Shown here piece after piece: positions 9,721 to 18,463 of a stretch of DNA of 28,651 bases. The notes under the pieces are model-generated. The model saw only the letters and a program-made list of their open reading frames with translations. It was not told where the DNA came from and did not search any database. The stretch spans positions 1 through 28,651 of the forward strand of contig JBEQAF010000021.1 in the NCBI GenBank assembly GCA_041640455.1. The letters run 5' to 3'. Each line of letters starts with the position of its first letter. Position 1 is the stretch's first letter. Both the position numbers and the translations under genes were made by a program. Source of the DNA: a bacterium. GTDB taxonomy: Bacteria > CALINM01.

Positions 9721-11099
9721 AGATTTAGTGGTATCTTAATTATAAATGTTGTGCCCTTCTCATTACTATAAAAACTTATTTCACCGTTATGAATGTTTAC
9801 TACGTTATATACGATAGAAAGTCCAAGCCCTGTACCATCTGGTTTAGTAGTAAAAAATGGATCAAATATTTTGTCTTTAATCTCTTCTGGTATTCCAGAA
9901 CCAGTATCTTCAATAATTACGACTGCCTTGCTATCTTCAATTTTACTACTAATTGTCAAATTACCTCCGCCTGGCATTGCTTCGACTGCGTTTAGAACAA
10001 GATTAAGAATAGCCTGCTGAATCATAGCCTTATCTGCCTTTATTTTGGGGATCCTAGCCAGGTTAAGAGATACCATGACAGATTGATTTTTTATCTGATA
10101 CTGAGCAAGATTAAGTACATGTTTAATCACTGAATTAATGTAAACATCAGATAGACTAAACTCATCAGTCCTTGCAAATCTAAGAAATTTATTGAGCAGG
10201 TCGTTCATCTGATCAACTGCTGATAAAACTATCTCCACATCATCCCTTGTGATAGTAAGATTGTCTTTAAATGTTTGAAATAAAGTTCTTATAGAAGTAA
10301 GGGGATTTCTAATTTCATGAGCTAAACCTGCTGAAAGCCTTCCTAAAGCAGTAAGCTTTTCAGTCCTTAATAGTTGTTTATAAGACTCTTCCATTTTTTT
10401 TCTGTATGCATCCAGCTCGAAAGAAAGAAAATTAAATGTCTCCGCAAGCTCACCCACTTCATCTTTTGATTTAATCTCGATGCTTTTTCCAAAATTCCCT
10501 TTTGCAAGGTCATGGGCAAACTCAACAAGCTTGAAGAGGGGTTTGGTTATAAACACACTAAGGAAGCAAGAAAGAACAGAACCTATGGCCGTGACTATTA
10601 AAGTTAGAGATATAACAAGATTTCTAATTCTTGCAAGAGTCTCGTTTATTCTCGTTTCTCTTAAACCTACGTGAAGCTCAGGCTTCATACCTTCGAATAT
10701 TTTTATACCTATATCCCGAATAAAGCCCTCTTCTGTATCAAGAAGTTGAACAGAGATTGCTGATTTTACGACGGGATTCCAGGTTAGTAAATCTGGAGGG
10801 TAGCCGTTTTGAAATGTATGGGCAAATAAGTGTCCATCTTTGCCTGTAACAAAGATGTATTCAATATCATTTTCTGTCTTTATTACATCCTCTATAGCTT
10901 CTTGAGTTTTATATAAGTCGTCAAGCAAAATAGAGTCTGCAATTCTATTTGCAAGATTTCTAGCTATGGATTCGCCGTGCTTTGTTAACTCGGCTCTTAA
11001 CGAGGTTGTAACTGCTTCCTTAATGGCAAGGCCGATTAGTATGCCCAGGCTAACAACTACTGCTCCATTAAGAAGAACTATCTTTACTCCCAGCTTCAT
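9717..11099 (-). CDS. anrS: Membrane sensor histidine kinase (2 TM, HAMP, HisKA, HATPase)
   Basis: Two hydrophobic segments, HAMP motif [12 protein letters not shown]-box AHEIRNPL, and NAVEA / DTGSG / FFTTK / GTGLGL boxes; 4-nt overlaps with both neighbours. Confidence 0.88.
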   Translation of the reverse strand: MKLGVKIVLLNGAVVVSLGILIGLAIKEAVTTSLRAELTKHGESIARNLANRIADSILLDDLYKTQEAIEDVIKTENDIEYIFVTGKDGHLFAHTFQNGYPPDLLTWNPVVKSAISVQLLDTEEGFIRDIGIKIFEGMKPELHVGLRETRINETLARIRNLVISLTLIVTAIGSVLSCFLSVFITKPLFKLVEFAHDLAKGNFGKSIEIKSKDEVGELAETFNFLSFELDAYRKKMEESYKQLLRTEKLTALGRLSAGLAHEIRNPLTSIRTLFQTFKDNLTITRDDVEIVLSAVDQMNDLLNKFLRFARTDEFSLSDVYINSVIKHVLNLAQYQIKNQSVMVSLNLARIPKIKADKAMIQQAILNLVLNAVEAMPGGGNLTISSKIEDSKAVVIIEDTGSGIPEEIKDKIFDPFFTTKPDGTGLGLSIVYNVVNIHNGEISFYSNEKGTTFIIKIPLNL

Positions 11100-12049
11100 T
11101 TAATTAGACCGTATTTAATAGTTAAAGCTTTAATCTCTTTCATCGAATTCTCATTATAAGGTGCAAAACCGTTTGGCATCTCTGTTTTATTCCAGTTTAC
11201 TACTATATTTTTATGCTTCCCCTGAGGATCAAAGGATAGAAGAGCTTTTTTTACTGACTGAACAATTGAAGGGTCAAGATCTTTGTTATAGCATATAAGA
11301 CTGCTTGGATAAGGTTTGGATATGGCTATTACTTTTATCTTCCCTTCTGCTAAAAGATTTTTAGCGAGTGTATCCTGTATCGCACCCGCATCATAATCTC
11401 CTTTCAGCACAGCTCTTGCTGTATTTACGTGGGAACCGGTAAAGACATAGCCTTTTAAATCCTTTAAATCAATGCCTACATCCTCTAACATCTTTCTAGG
11501 AATAATATGCCCTTGGGTAGAATATTTATCTCCGAAAGCAAAAGTTTTTCCTTTTAGTTCAGTAAGGCTTTTTATGGAGCTGTTTGGTCTAGTAAATATT
11601 ACGGCTCTATATTCCGGCTTGTTTTCTGAATTCAGCCCCATCACTAAACATCCTGCGCCATACTTTTTACTTGCCAGAACGCAGTTTACAGGCCCCATGG
11701 CAGCAAAATGGGTAACTCCTTTACCAAGGTTTTCCATTGTGTCTTCATATTTTTCCGTAAATCTTATGGAAAATCTTTTCCCTGTCTCTTTTTCAAGATA
11801 GCTAATGAAAGGTGTATATATCATTACATCCTCTCTTGGATTGAGCCGGAGGTCAAAACCAAATTTTAATGTGCCTTCTTCCTTAATGGTGGGAGGACTT
11901 ATAGAAGCAGCTGATCTTCTTTTTAGACTTACTTTGATAGAGATTTCTCTATTTTCACAGCCAGATAGGAGAAAAACAAAAAAAAACATAAAAAATGCAC
12001 CGCATATGTATTTAGGATCTTTGATATTTTTGCTATTTATTGCTATCAT
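11096..12049 (-). CDS. anrX: PhnD/AioX-superfamily periplasmic binding lipoprotein (sensor accessory)
   Basis: Lipobox LLSGC; LKGKTFAFGDKYSTQGH and GDYDAGAIQD binding-protein motifs; translationally coupled to a kinase rather than to ABC permeases. Confidence 0.8.
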   Translation of the reverse strand: MIAINSKNIKDPKYICGAFFMFFFVFLLSGCENREISIKVSLKRRSAASISPPTIKEEGTLKFGFDLRLNPREDVMIYTPFISYLEKETGKRFSIRFTEKYEDTMENLGKGVTHFAAMGPVNCVLASKKYGAGCLVMGLNSENKPEYRAVIFTRPNSSIKSLTELKGKTFAFGDKYSTQGHIIPRKMLEDVGIDLKDLKGYVFTGSHVNTARAVLKGDYDAGAIQDTLAKNLLAEGKIKVIAISKPYPSSLICYNKDLDPSIVQSVKKALLSFDPQGKHKNIVVNWNKTEMPNGFAPYNENSMKEIKALTIKYGLIK

Positions 12050-12106
12050 TTTTCATTCCTATTGTTTGTTAAGGAAGTTTTTTTAAATTTCCTATTGCCT
12101 GTTGGT

Positions 12107-12115
12107 ATTATAACA
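12107..12115 (-). promoter_or_regulatory. Extended -10 sigma70 promoter for anrXSR
   Basis: Minus strand TGTTATAAT about 58 nt upstream of the anrX ATG; no good -35. The same 9-mer precedes arrX. Confidence 0.5.
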
Positions 12116-12243
12116 TAAAGAAAAGAGTTATGCATTTGCTGCTACTTAGCCATTTTTATTCAGTTATAAAAAATACAGAACAAATAGCTATCGCCGATTT
12201 GGTTTGACCACAGACTTTTAGAAAAAAATTTAGGAGTCCGAAG

Positions 12244-12558
12244 TTAAGAATCTATTTTTTTTGTCTTTATTGTTAATTCATCAAGAAAGAAGACATCTTT
12301 TAAAGGAGAGAGTAGTCCTCTTACTGTGCTTTCCACTATGTGGTAAACGAAAGGCTTTCTTATCTCAATATTTCTATCGTTGACTTTAATTTCTAAATTT
12401 TTTGTTTTAGAGATAACAAGCTCGACTTCGCCGGGCTCAGCTCCAAGGGCATATACAATACCATAGACAACAGCTCCAATATAGTTTTGAACAAAATTGT
12501 TAAGCTCAATTACTCTCTCGTTTACTATGAGATCAGTGTTAAACTCTTTTTTCACCAT
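12244..12558 (-). CDS. Hypothetical 104-aa protein with two internal repeats resembling the C-terminal extension of some MobB proteins
   Basis: LIVNERVIELNNFVQNYIGAVVYGIVYAL aligns with IKVNDRNIEIRKPFVYHIVESTVRGLLSPL. ATG start; fills the gap between the two modules on the same strand. Confidence 0.7.
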   Translation of the reverse strand: MVKKEFNTDLIVNERVIELNNFVQNYIGAVVYGIVYALGAEPGEVELVISKTKNLEIKVNDRNIEIRKPFVYHIVESTVRGLLSPLKDVFFLDELTIKTKKIDS

Positions 12559-12651
12559 ATTAATTAGCTTCTTTCATATGCTACTATATTTTAATTACCA
12601 AACAAGCCAGTTTTAGATTTAAAAGGTGTTTATTTATTGTAAGATCCTCAT

Positions 12652-13329
12652 TTAATTATTATTGTTATCTATTGCTCCTTCAGTAAAGGGAGTCTCATTA
12701 GGTATTCTTGAGTTAAAAATAAAGTCTTCTACGCAATCGGCAAGAGCTTGATAAAACTCATTTTCTGTACCATTTTTAATTTTTTCACAAAAATTATTTA
12801 TCCAGAGTCCGAGAAATGAATTTAGAAATTCCTGTTGCATCTTAATAAATTTATTAGCAGTATCAATATCAGACTTCTCCAGTGCTTCTGATTCTTTAAA
12901 TACAAGATAGTACATAAACTCCAGCTCAACTGCGATATGGTCGGGGAGTTCTTTAAAGGTATCGCTCATTATTAGTCCCGCATCACGATAGAACTTTATT
13001 GTCTTAATAGTGGAATCTCCCATAACCTTTCTTTCCTTGTCAAGATAAACCGACCCATAAGGCGGAGCTATGAGCATATCAGGACCTACAAAAAGTTTTG
13101 CATAGTCAATTAAAAGACTCTCCTCTGAGCTTTTTGCAAAGGCTTCTTCCATTTTTTCTGCAAATATAGCTGCAGAATGGCAGACTCTTTTTAATCCCTC
13201 TGTAAGATTTCTAAGCAGATTTTCCTGCTCAAAAAGAGATTTGTTGGGTTTATAGAAACAGGCGGATAGAAATCTGTAACAATCTCCTCTGATTTTTTCA
13301 CTTACTATCAATTCCTCTATGTTCATCAT
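12652..13329 (-). CDS. arrD: TorD/DmsD-family maturation chaperone of Arr
   Basis: YAKLFVGP, APPYGSVY and ELPDHIAVELEFM motifs; GAGGAG RBS; follows arrB. Confidence 0.88.
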   Translation of the reverse strand: MMNIEELIVSEKIRGDCYRFLSACFYKPNKSLFEQENLLRNLTEGLKRVCHSAAIFAEKMEEAFAKSSEESLLIDYAKLFVGPDMLIAPPYGSVYLDKERKVMGDSTIKTIKFYRDAGLIMSDTFKELPDHIAVELEFMYYLVFKESEALEKSDIDTANKFIKMQQEFLNSFLGLWINNFCEKIKNGTENEFYQALADCVEDFIFNSRIPNETPFTEGAIDNNNN

Positions 13330-13366
13330 CAGCTCCTCTTGGGAAACATTAATTGGTAAAACAAAG

Positions 13367-13407
13367 AAAAGGGGAGTAATAGAGCATCTGAATGCTCTAT
13401 TACTCCC
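13367..13407 (-). terminator. Strong hairpin (16-bp perfect stem) with T-rich tail between arrB and arrD
   Basis: GGGAGTAATAGAGCAT (13372-13387), 4-nt loop, ATGCTCTATTACTCCC (13392-13407); on the minus strand it is followed by CTTTTCTTTGTTTT. Confidence 0.8.
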
Positions 13408-13430
13408 GGTTACATCAATAGATAAAGGTA

Positions 13431-14228
13431 CTATGCCTTTTTAACTGTTCCCTTAAAGCTCCTGATATAAAAGACATTGGGCTGAGTGCCTTTTTCGCCT
13501 GATCTTAAGAATTCACCTTTATTATTTTTGAGTCCGACAGCTTTATGAGCCTTAAGTAGCTTGCTTACCTCGCTGTTAGGATCAGAAAGGTCACCAAAGA
13601 TTCTTGCACCTGCAGGGCAGGAAACAACACAGTAAGGCTGTTCACCGTTAATAACTCTGTGCTCGCAAAAAATGCACTTTTCAACCTTGCCTTTCTTTCT
13701 AATGCTATCATAGTCAGAATGCTTATACATTGTGCGATGTGGTGGTATTTCTCCTACTTTTTTTGAAACATCGTCACCAGAAGAAGTACAGCCAGGAATA
13801 AGCTCTTTTGTATCTTTGTAGAAAGGATGAACTTCATCTGAAAAATCGTTAAAACTAATTACGCTAAACTGGAGACCAGCTTTGTCAACATCCTCCGAAC
13901 TATAAGGACATGCCCGCTGGCATCGGCGGCATCCAATACATCTTTCCATATTATGGATTGTCATACCATTTTCATGTTTGTGCATCGCCTTAGGTTTAAC
14001 AGGACATGCTTTAACACAGGGAGCATCTGTGCAATGGTTGCAGAGAACAGGTAACACCGTAAACTTCACATCAGGATATTTCCCCTCTGTTTTCATAAAG
14101 AAATCCGCCCAGTTGAAAGTCTGTCCTTTTGCCCTGTCCTGAGTATTGTTTTCTGTCTTGCATGCTATGGCACAAGCACCACAGCCGACACATTTTTGTA
14201 AGTCTATTACCATTCCGTATTTAGGCAT
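13431..14228 (-). CDS. arrB: Respiratory arsenate reductase Fe-S subunit
   Basis: GMVIDLQKCVGCGACAIACKTENN, CNHCTDAPCV, CIGCRRCQRACPY, CIFC..R...G..PYCVVSCP; directly after arrA. Confidence 0.93.
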   Translation of the reverse strand: MPKYGMVIDLQKCVGCGACAIACKTENNTQDRAKGQTFNWADFFMKTEGKYPDVKFTVLPVLCNHCTDAPCVKACPVKPKAMHKHENGMTIHNMERCIGCRRCQRACPYSSEDVDKAGLQFSVISFNDFSDEVHPFYKDTKELIPGCTSSGDDVSKKVGEIPPHRTMYKHSDYDSIRKKGKVEKCIFCEHRVINGEQPYCVVSCPAGARIFGDLSDPNSEVSKLLKAHKAVGLKNNKGEFLRSGEKGTQPNVFYIRSFKGTVKKA

Positions 14229-14247
14229 CTATCTTTACCTCCTTTCA

Positions 14248-16821
14248 TTAGACTTTCTCTATTCTTACAGCGGTAAAGCCACCGTTCCTGCAGTTACTGC
14301 CTGTCATCCTCTCAGTGTCAAAGGGCATGAGATCATTGTTGTTTCCACCTCTTGGTGTCTTGTTAAACTCTTTGGCTGCTACCTTGCCATAAGCCCAGTG
14401 CCCCTGTCCAAAACACTTTGAAAGTGTACCTGGCTTTACACCTTCCCAAAGCTTTGCAGTGACAATAATACTACCTGAAATAGATGAGAGCTTTACCTTG
14501 TCTCCATTCTTGATCCCGAGCTTTTTGGCGTCATCGGGATTTATTCTTACCACGTCTTCCCAGCTCTCGTCACCAAAGTCTACTTTCTTAAACTCCTGGA
14601 ACCATGTGGTGTTCTGACTTCTCCCTTCTCTATTTAGTCTTGACTTAAAGTCAATTAAGACAAAGGGATACTTCGAAGTATCGCCCAATACCTTTGGTGG
14701 CTCGTAATGAGGAACGAAAATCTGTTCTCCTTTTGCTGTATATTGGGCAGCTACTACAATATCGTCAATGGTTGTCTTGTGTTTTTCCGCATGGGCACTG
14801 AGTCCTGCTTTAAGTCCTTCGCTATAAAACTCAAACTTCTTTGTAGGAGTTGGGAATCCCTTTTCCCATAGAACTTTGTATTTGTAAGGCTCTGAATTAT
14901 AGATCCCTTTTGCCTTGAAATCTTCCCAACCATTAATGGTAGGCGAACCCTTAAGGGGCTCCTTTGAGCTCCAGACAGGTGCACTAATGATTTTGCATGC
15001 AATCTCTGCAAAATCCTCAGGACCAGTTGGTGTCTTCCCAGTCTCGGGATCTTTAAACGAATTGAAGTAATCAAGCATATTCGGGAAGCCTTTTTGAGCC
15101 AGTTTCTGGGCTAACATGTACATTATCTCTGTCTCATCAGCCTTTTCTTCCCATAGTCTTCCCACAACTGGCTGCTGGATTGATATATGGGTATACCCGT
15201 TACCTTTATTTGTAATAAGTGAAAGTTTCTGAGTTGCATGATGAGCTGCAGGTAGGACAATGTCAGCAAACATGGCTTCTTCTGAGGGGTTTGTACCGAT
15301 ATGGACATGAAAAACCTTTGACAATGCTTTGTCCCATCTTTCTGCTTCTGTACATGAGAAATTAAAGTTTGACCAGTAACTGATCACTACCTTAACATCA
15401 TAAGGATCGGAGTTTAAAATGCCAGTTGCTACGTTGTTAGTGATGACTCCGGCGCCTGGTCTAAAATACCCCTTCTTATCTGGGTCAGGATTTAATGCAG
15501 GAAACTGCTTGTATCCTCTCTGGTCTATCTTTTTCTCCTTACCGTATTTCTTTGCTATGTCATCAAGGAAAGGATCAATGGAGGGTAGTCTTCCTGATGG
15601 AGTCTTTGGATGATTGGTTAGTATTCCGCCTTCTACATCTACGCAGCCTAAAAGTCCATTAATAGCGTATATTGCCTGAGCCGCTGCGGCTCCTCTCGGA
15701 CTCATAACAGGACCAGGTCCCATCCATATGGCACACTTAGGAGCAGCGGAAGCAATTGTCTCGGTAATCTTTATAATCTGAGCCTTTGATACGCCGCATA
15801 TTTTTTCAGCCCATTCGGGAGTTCTATCTTTGAGTTCTATGTTCCACCATTTAATAATCCCTGAAGTGAGTTTTTCCTCAAAAGCTGATTCATCAATAGT
15901 TTTGCCAGCTTTGAATTGATTGACGCCGTCTTTGAAATTGCCAACAAACTCTTTGTTCCAGAGCCCTTTTGTTAATATCACGTGGGAGATTGCTAAGGCA
16001 AGTGCTCCATCTTCACCGGGTTTTACTGGTACCCACATATGAGATTTAGCAGCTATTGCACTTAGTCTTGGATCGATTGTAATTAATGTCCCCCTATCAA
16101 TTAGATTACCAATCTGGTTGATGGTAAAAGGTACATGCCTATTGGAGCTTAAGGGATCACAACCCCATACGACAAGGCATTTCATGTTCTGAAGATCATA
16201 GTCTCTATAACCCCAAAAGCCTTCTGTCACAAAAGAACCAAATTTTTCTGCCTCTGCACAAATGGCGCTGTGTGAGATAGAATTAGGCGATCCGATTATT
16301 TTGGGTAGTGTACCGTATGCAAGAGTATGTGTTCTGTCTGAATATCTCCCTCTAATAAATACAAATTTGTGAGGTTCATTATTCTTTCTGAGCTCCAGCA
16401 GTTTATCTGCAACAATATCTAATGCCTCATCCCAGGAGATCGGAACAAATTTAGGATCAACTCCTCTACCTTTCTGGGGATTTGTTCTCTTCATAGGAAC
16501 CTTTATTCTGTCAGGGTCATATAGCTCCTGCAGCATCAGATGTCCTCTTGGACAAACATAGCCCATATTTACTTTTGAATACTGGTTTCCACGAACTTTA
16601 ACTGCTCTGCCATTCTGTACAAAGAATTCAACCGGGCACCACTGGGTACACCCCTGACATGTAGATGGAATCCAATTACCTAGATCAGTGCTTCCACTTA
16701 TCATTTCGCCCTCAAGCGGCTTTGGCACCTCTGCGAAGGCATTAAGAAATGGGCCGTTTAATAGTATAGCTGCACCCGCTGCCACACTTGCCTTAAGAAA
16801 ATCTCTTCTATTAATCTCCAT
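14248..16821 (-). CDS. arrA: Respiratory arsenate reductase catalytic subunit
   Basis: Tat signal NRRDFLK; CQGCTQWC-X27-C; RTNPQKGRGVDPKFVPISWDEA; ArrA-diagnostic RGRY and SHSAICAEAEKFG; YRDYD; KSRLNREGRS; GQGHWAYG. Confidence 0.96.
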   Translation of the reverse strand: MEINRRDFLKASVAAGAAILLNGPFLNAFAEVPKPLEGEMISGSTDLGNWIPSTCQGCTQWCPVEFFVQNGRAVKVRGNQYSKVNMGYVCPRGHLMLQELYDPDRIKVPMKRTNPQKGRGVDPKFVPISWDEALDIVADKLLELRKNNEPHKFVFIRGRYSDRTHTLAYGTLPKIIGSPNSISHSAICAEAEKFGSFVTEGFWGYRDYDLQNMKCLVVWGCDPLSSNRHVPFTINQIGNLIDRGTLITIDPRLSAIAAKSHMWVPVKPGEDGALALAISHVILTKGLWNKEFVGNFKDGVNQFKAGKTIDESAFEEKLTSGIIKWWNIELKDRTPEWAEKICGVSKAQIIKITETIASAAPKCAIWMGPGPVMSPRGAAAAQAIYAINGLLGCVDVEGGILTNHPKTPSGRLPSIDPFLDDIAKKYGKEKKIDQRGYKQFPALNPDPDKKGYFRPGAGVITNNVATGILNSDPYDVKVVISYWSNFNFSCTEAERWDKALSKVFHVHIGTNPSEEAMFADIVLPAAHHATQKLSLITNKGNGYTHISIQQPVVGRLWEEKADETEIMYMLAQKLAQKGFPNMLDYFNSFKDPETGKTPTGPEDFAEIACKIISAPVWSSKEPLKGSPTINGWEDFKAKGIYNSEPYKYKVLWEKGFPTPTKKFEFYSEGLKAGLSAHAEKHKTTIDDIVVAAQYTAKGEQIFVPHYEPPKVLGDTSKYPFVLIDFKSRLNREGRSQNTTWFQEFKKVDFGDESWEDVVRINPDDAKKLGIKNGDKVKLSSISGSIIVTAKLWEGVKPGTLSKCFGQGHWAYGKVAAKEFNKTPRGGNNNDLMPFDTERMTGSNCRNGGFTAVRIEKV

Positions 16822-16938
16822 CTTTACCTCCTTTTCAGGTTTAAAAAATTAACAAAATTACAAAACTAAATTCTTAAAATCAGCTACTTCTCACCTCCTC
16901 CCTCAAATTATTTTTTAGGAATTGTTTTTGTTAAATGT

Positions 16939-16954
16939 ATCAACTTTTATGCCA
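16939..16954 (-). promoter_or_regulatory. Sigma54 promoter for arrABD with a variant -12 box
   Basis: Minus strand TGGCAT-AAAAG-TTGAT: correct spacing, but GA rather than GC at -12. Lies between the sigma54 activator gene and arrA. Confidence 0.7.
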
Positions 16955-16958
16955 TACA

Positions 16959-16971
16959 TAAACTATTGAAA
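16959..16971 (-). promoter_or_regulatory. IHF-like site upstream of the arr sigma54 promoter
   Basis: TTTCAA-TAGT-TTA against WATCAA-N4-TTR (one mismatch); same offset from the -24 box as in the anr promoter. Confidence 0.5.
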
Positions 16972-16995
16972 ATTAAAGGTTTATTTTTATAGTTA

Positions 16996-17102
16996 TGTTA
17001 CTTAAAAGAAACAGTTATGAGCTAAAAAATAGAACAGGTACTTTAAATTTAATATAAACAATAATTTTTTCAATCAGATGAAAGTGTTACGATTTGGTAT
17101 CA
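16996..17102. promoter_or_regulatory. Two TGTTAC-N6-GTAACA-like palindromes, likely ArrR upstream activator sequences
   Basis: TGTTAC-TTAAAA-GAAACA (16996-17013) and TGTTAC-GATTTG-GTATCA (17085-17102), each one mismatch from a perfect palindrome in the arms. Confidence 0.5.
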
Positions 17103-17125
17103 ATTAAGAAAGCTATCTGATATTT

Positions 17126-18463
17126 TTATAAATCAATTCCATAAGCCTTCATCTTTTCCCAGAGGGTTTTTCTGCTTATTCCGAGCATCTCTGCAGCTCT
17201 GGTTTTGTTGCCCATGGTGGTTTTTAATATTCTGATAATATGTTCTTTTTCTGCCTCTGCGGCAATATCAGAGAGTGAAAAATATTTGTTTTCGGGTTTT
17301 TTAAAAATAAAAGATGGCAGGTCATCTTTCTTTATAGTATCTGAAGTTGCAAGTGTTACGCATCGTTCTACAATATTTTCAAGTTCCCTGATATTGCCAG
17401 GATAATCGTATTTTAGAAGTGCTTCCATCGCATCTTTTGAGAAATGTATATTCCGTGATAATCTGCTTTTGTACTTATTTAGAAAGAAATCAACTAAATA
17501 AGGGATGTCATCTTTTCGATTTCTTAAGGGGGGTAAGACGATTGGTATTACATTAAGACGATAATAAAGGTCTTCTCTTAACTTTCCAACTTTTACTTCT
17601 TCTTCAAGATTTTTATTAGTTGCTGCAATTATCCGTACATCAACAGTCAGAGTTTCTGTACCGCCCAACCTTTCGAACTGCCGTTCCTGTAAAACCCTTA
17701 AAATCTTGGACTGTGTGGAAAGGGGGATGTCTCCAATCTCATCAAGAAAAATTGTTCCACCATTGGCAAGTTCAAACCTACCTAATTTTCTTTTTAATGC
17801 TCCGGTAAACGCCCCTTTTTCATATCCAAATAATTCACTTTCTATAAGTCCTTCTGGCATTGCTGCGCAATTAACCTTTATAAGGGGACCATTTTTTCGC
17901 TTGCTCTGATAATGTATTGTTGTTGCTATCAGTTCCTTCCCTGTTCCGCTTTCTCCAAGTATCAGAACAGTAGAATCAGATTGTGAAACTTTTTCTACCA
18001 GAGAGAAGACCTTTTTCATCTCATCACTCTCTCCAATTATATTTGGAAAGCTGTAACATTTTCTAAGGTCATTCTTTAATCTTATGTTTTCGTCCTTAAG
18101 TCTCTTAACATCGATCGCCCTTCTTACTACAAGTAAAAATTCTTCAAGAGAAAATGGTTTTGTTATGTAATCAAAGGCTCCGAGTTTCATGGCTTCAACA
18201 GCATCCTTTATGGTCCCATAGGCAGTTATCAAAATTACATTAGAATCCTTGTTTTGTAATACCTCTTTGAGGATAGTCATACCATCCATATCAGGTAGCC
18301 TTACATCTGTAATTAACACTTCAAAAGGATTCTCTTTTAAAAAAGTAAGTGCTTTTTTTCCAGTATCAAAAGATATAACATCGTAACCCTGAGACTTTAG
18401 GGCATCTTCAAGGGTCACTCTCATTACTTTTTCATCTTCTATTAATACGACTGTCTCCTTCAT
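17126..18463 (-). CDS. arrR: Sigma54-dependent NtrC-family response regulator
   Basis: Receiver (IEDE, DVRLP), GESGTGKE, GAFTGA, YPGNIREL and HTH AAEMLGISRKTL; directly upstream of arrA. Confidence 0.88.
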   Translation of the reverse strand: MKETVVLIEDEKVMRVTLEDALKSQGYDVISFDTGKKALTFLKENPFEVLITDVRLPDMDGMTILKEVLQNKDSNVILITAYGTIKDAVEAMKLGAFDYITKPFSLEEFLLVVRRAIDVKRLKDENIRLKNDLRKCYSFPNIIGESDEMKKVFSLVEKVSQSDSTVLILGESGTGKELIATTIHYQSKRKNGPLIKVNCAAMPEGLIESELFGYEKGAFTGALKRKLGRFELANGGTIFLDEIGDIPLSTQSKILRVLQERQFERLGGTETLTVDVRIIAATNKNLEEEVKVGKLREDLYYRLNVIPIVLPPLRNRKDDIPYLVDFFLNKYKSRLSRNIHFSKDAMEALLKYDYPGNIRELENIVERCVTLATSDTIKKDDLPSFIFKKPENKYFSLSDIAAEAEKEHIIRILKTTMGNKTRAAEMLGISRKTLWEKMKAYGIDL

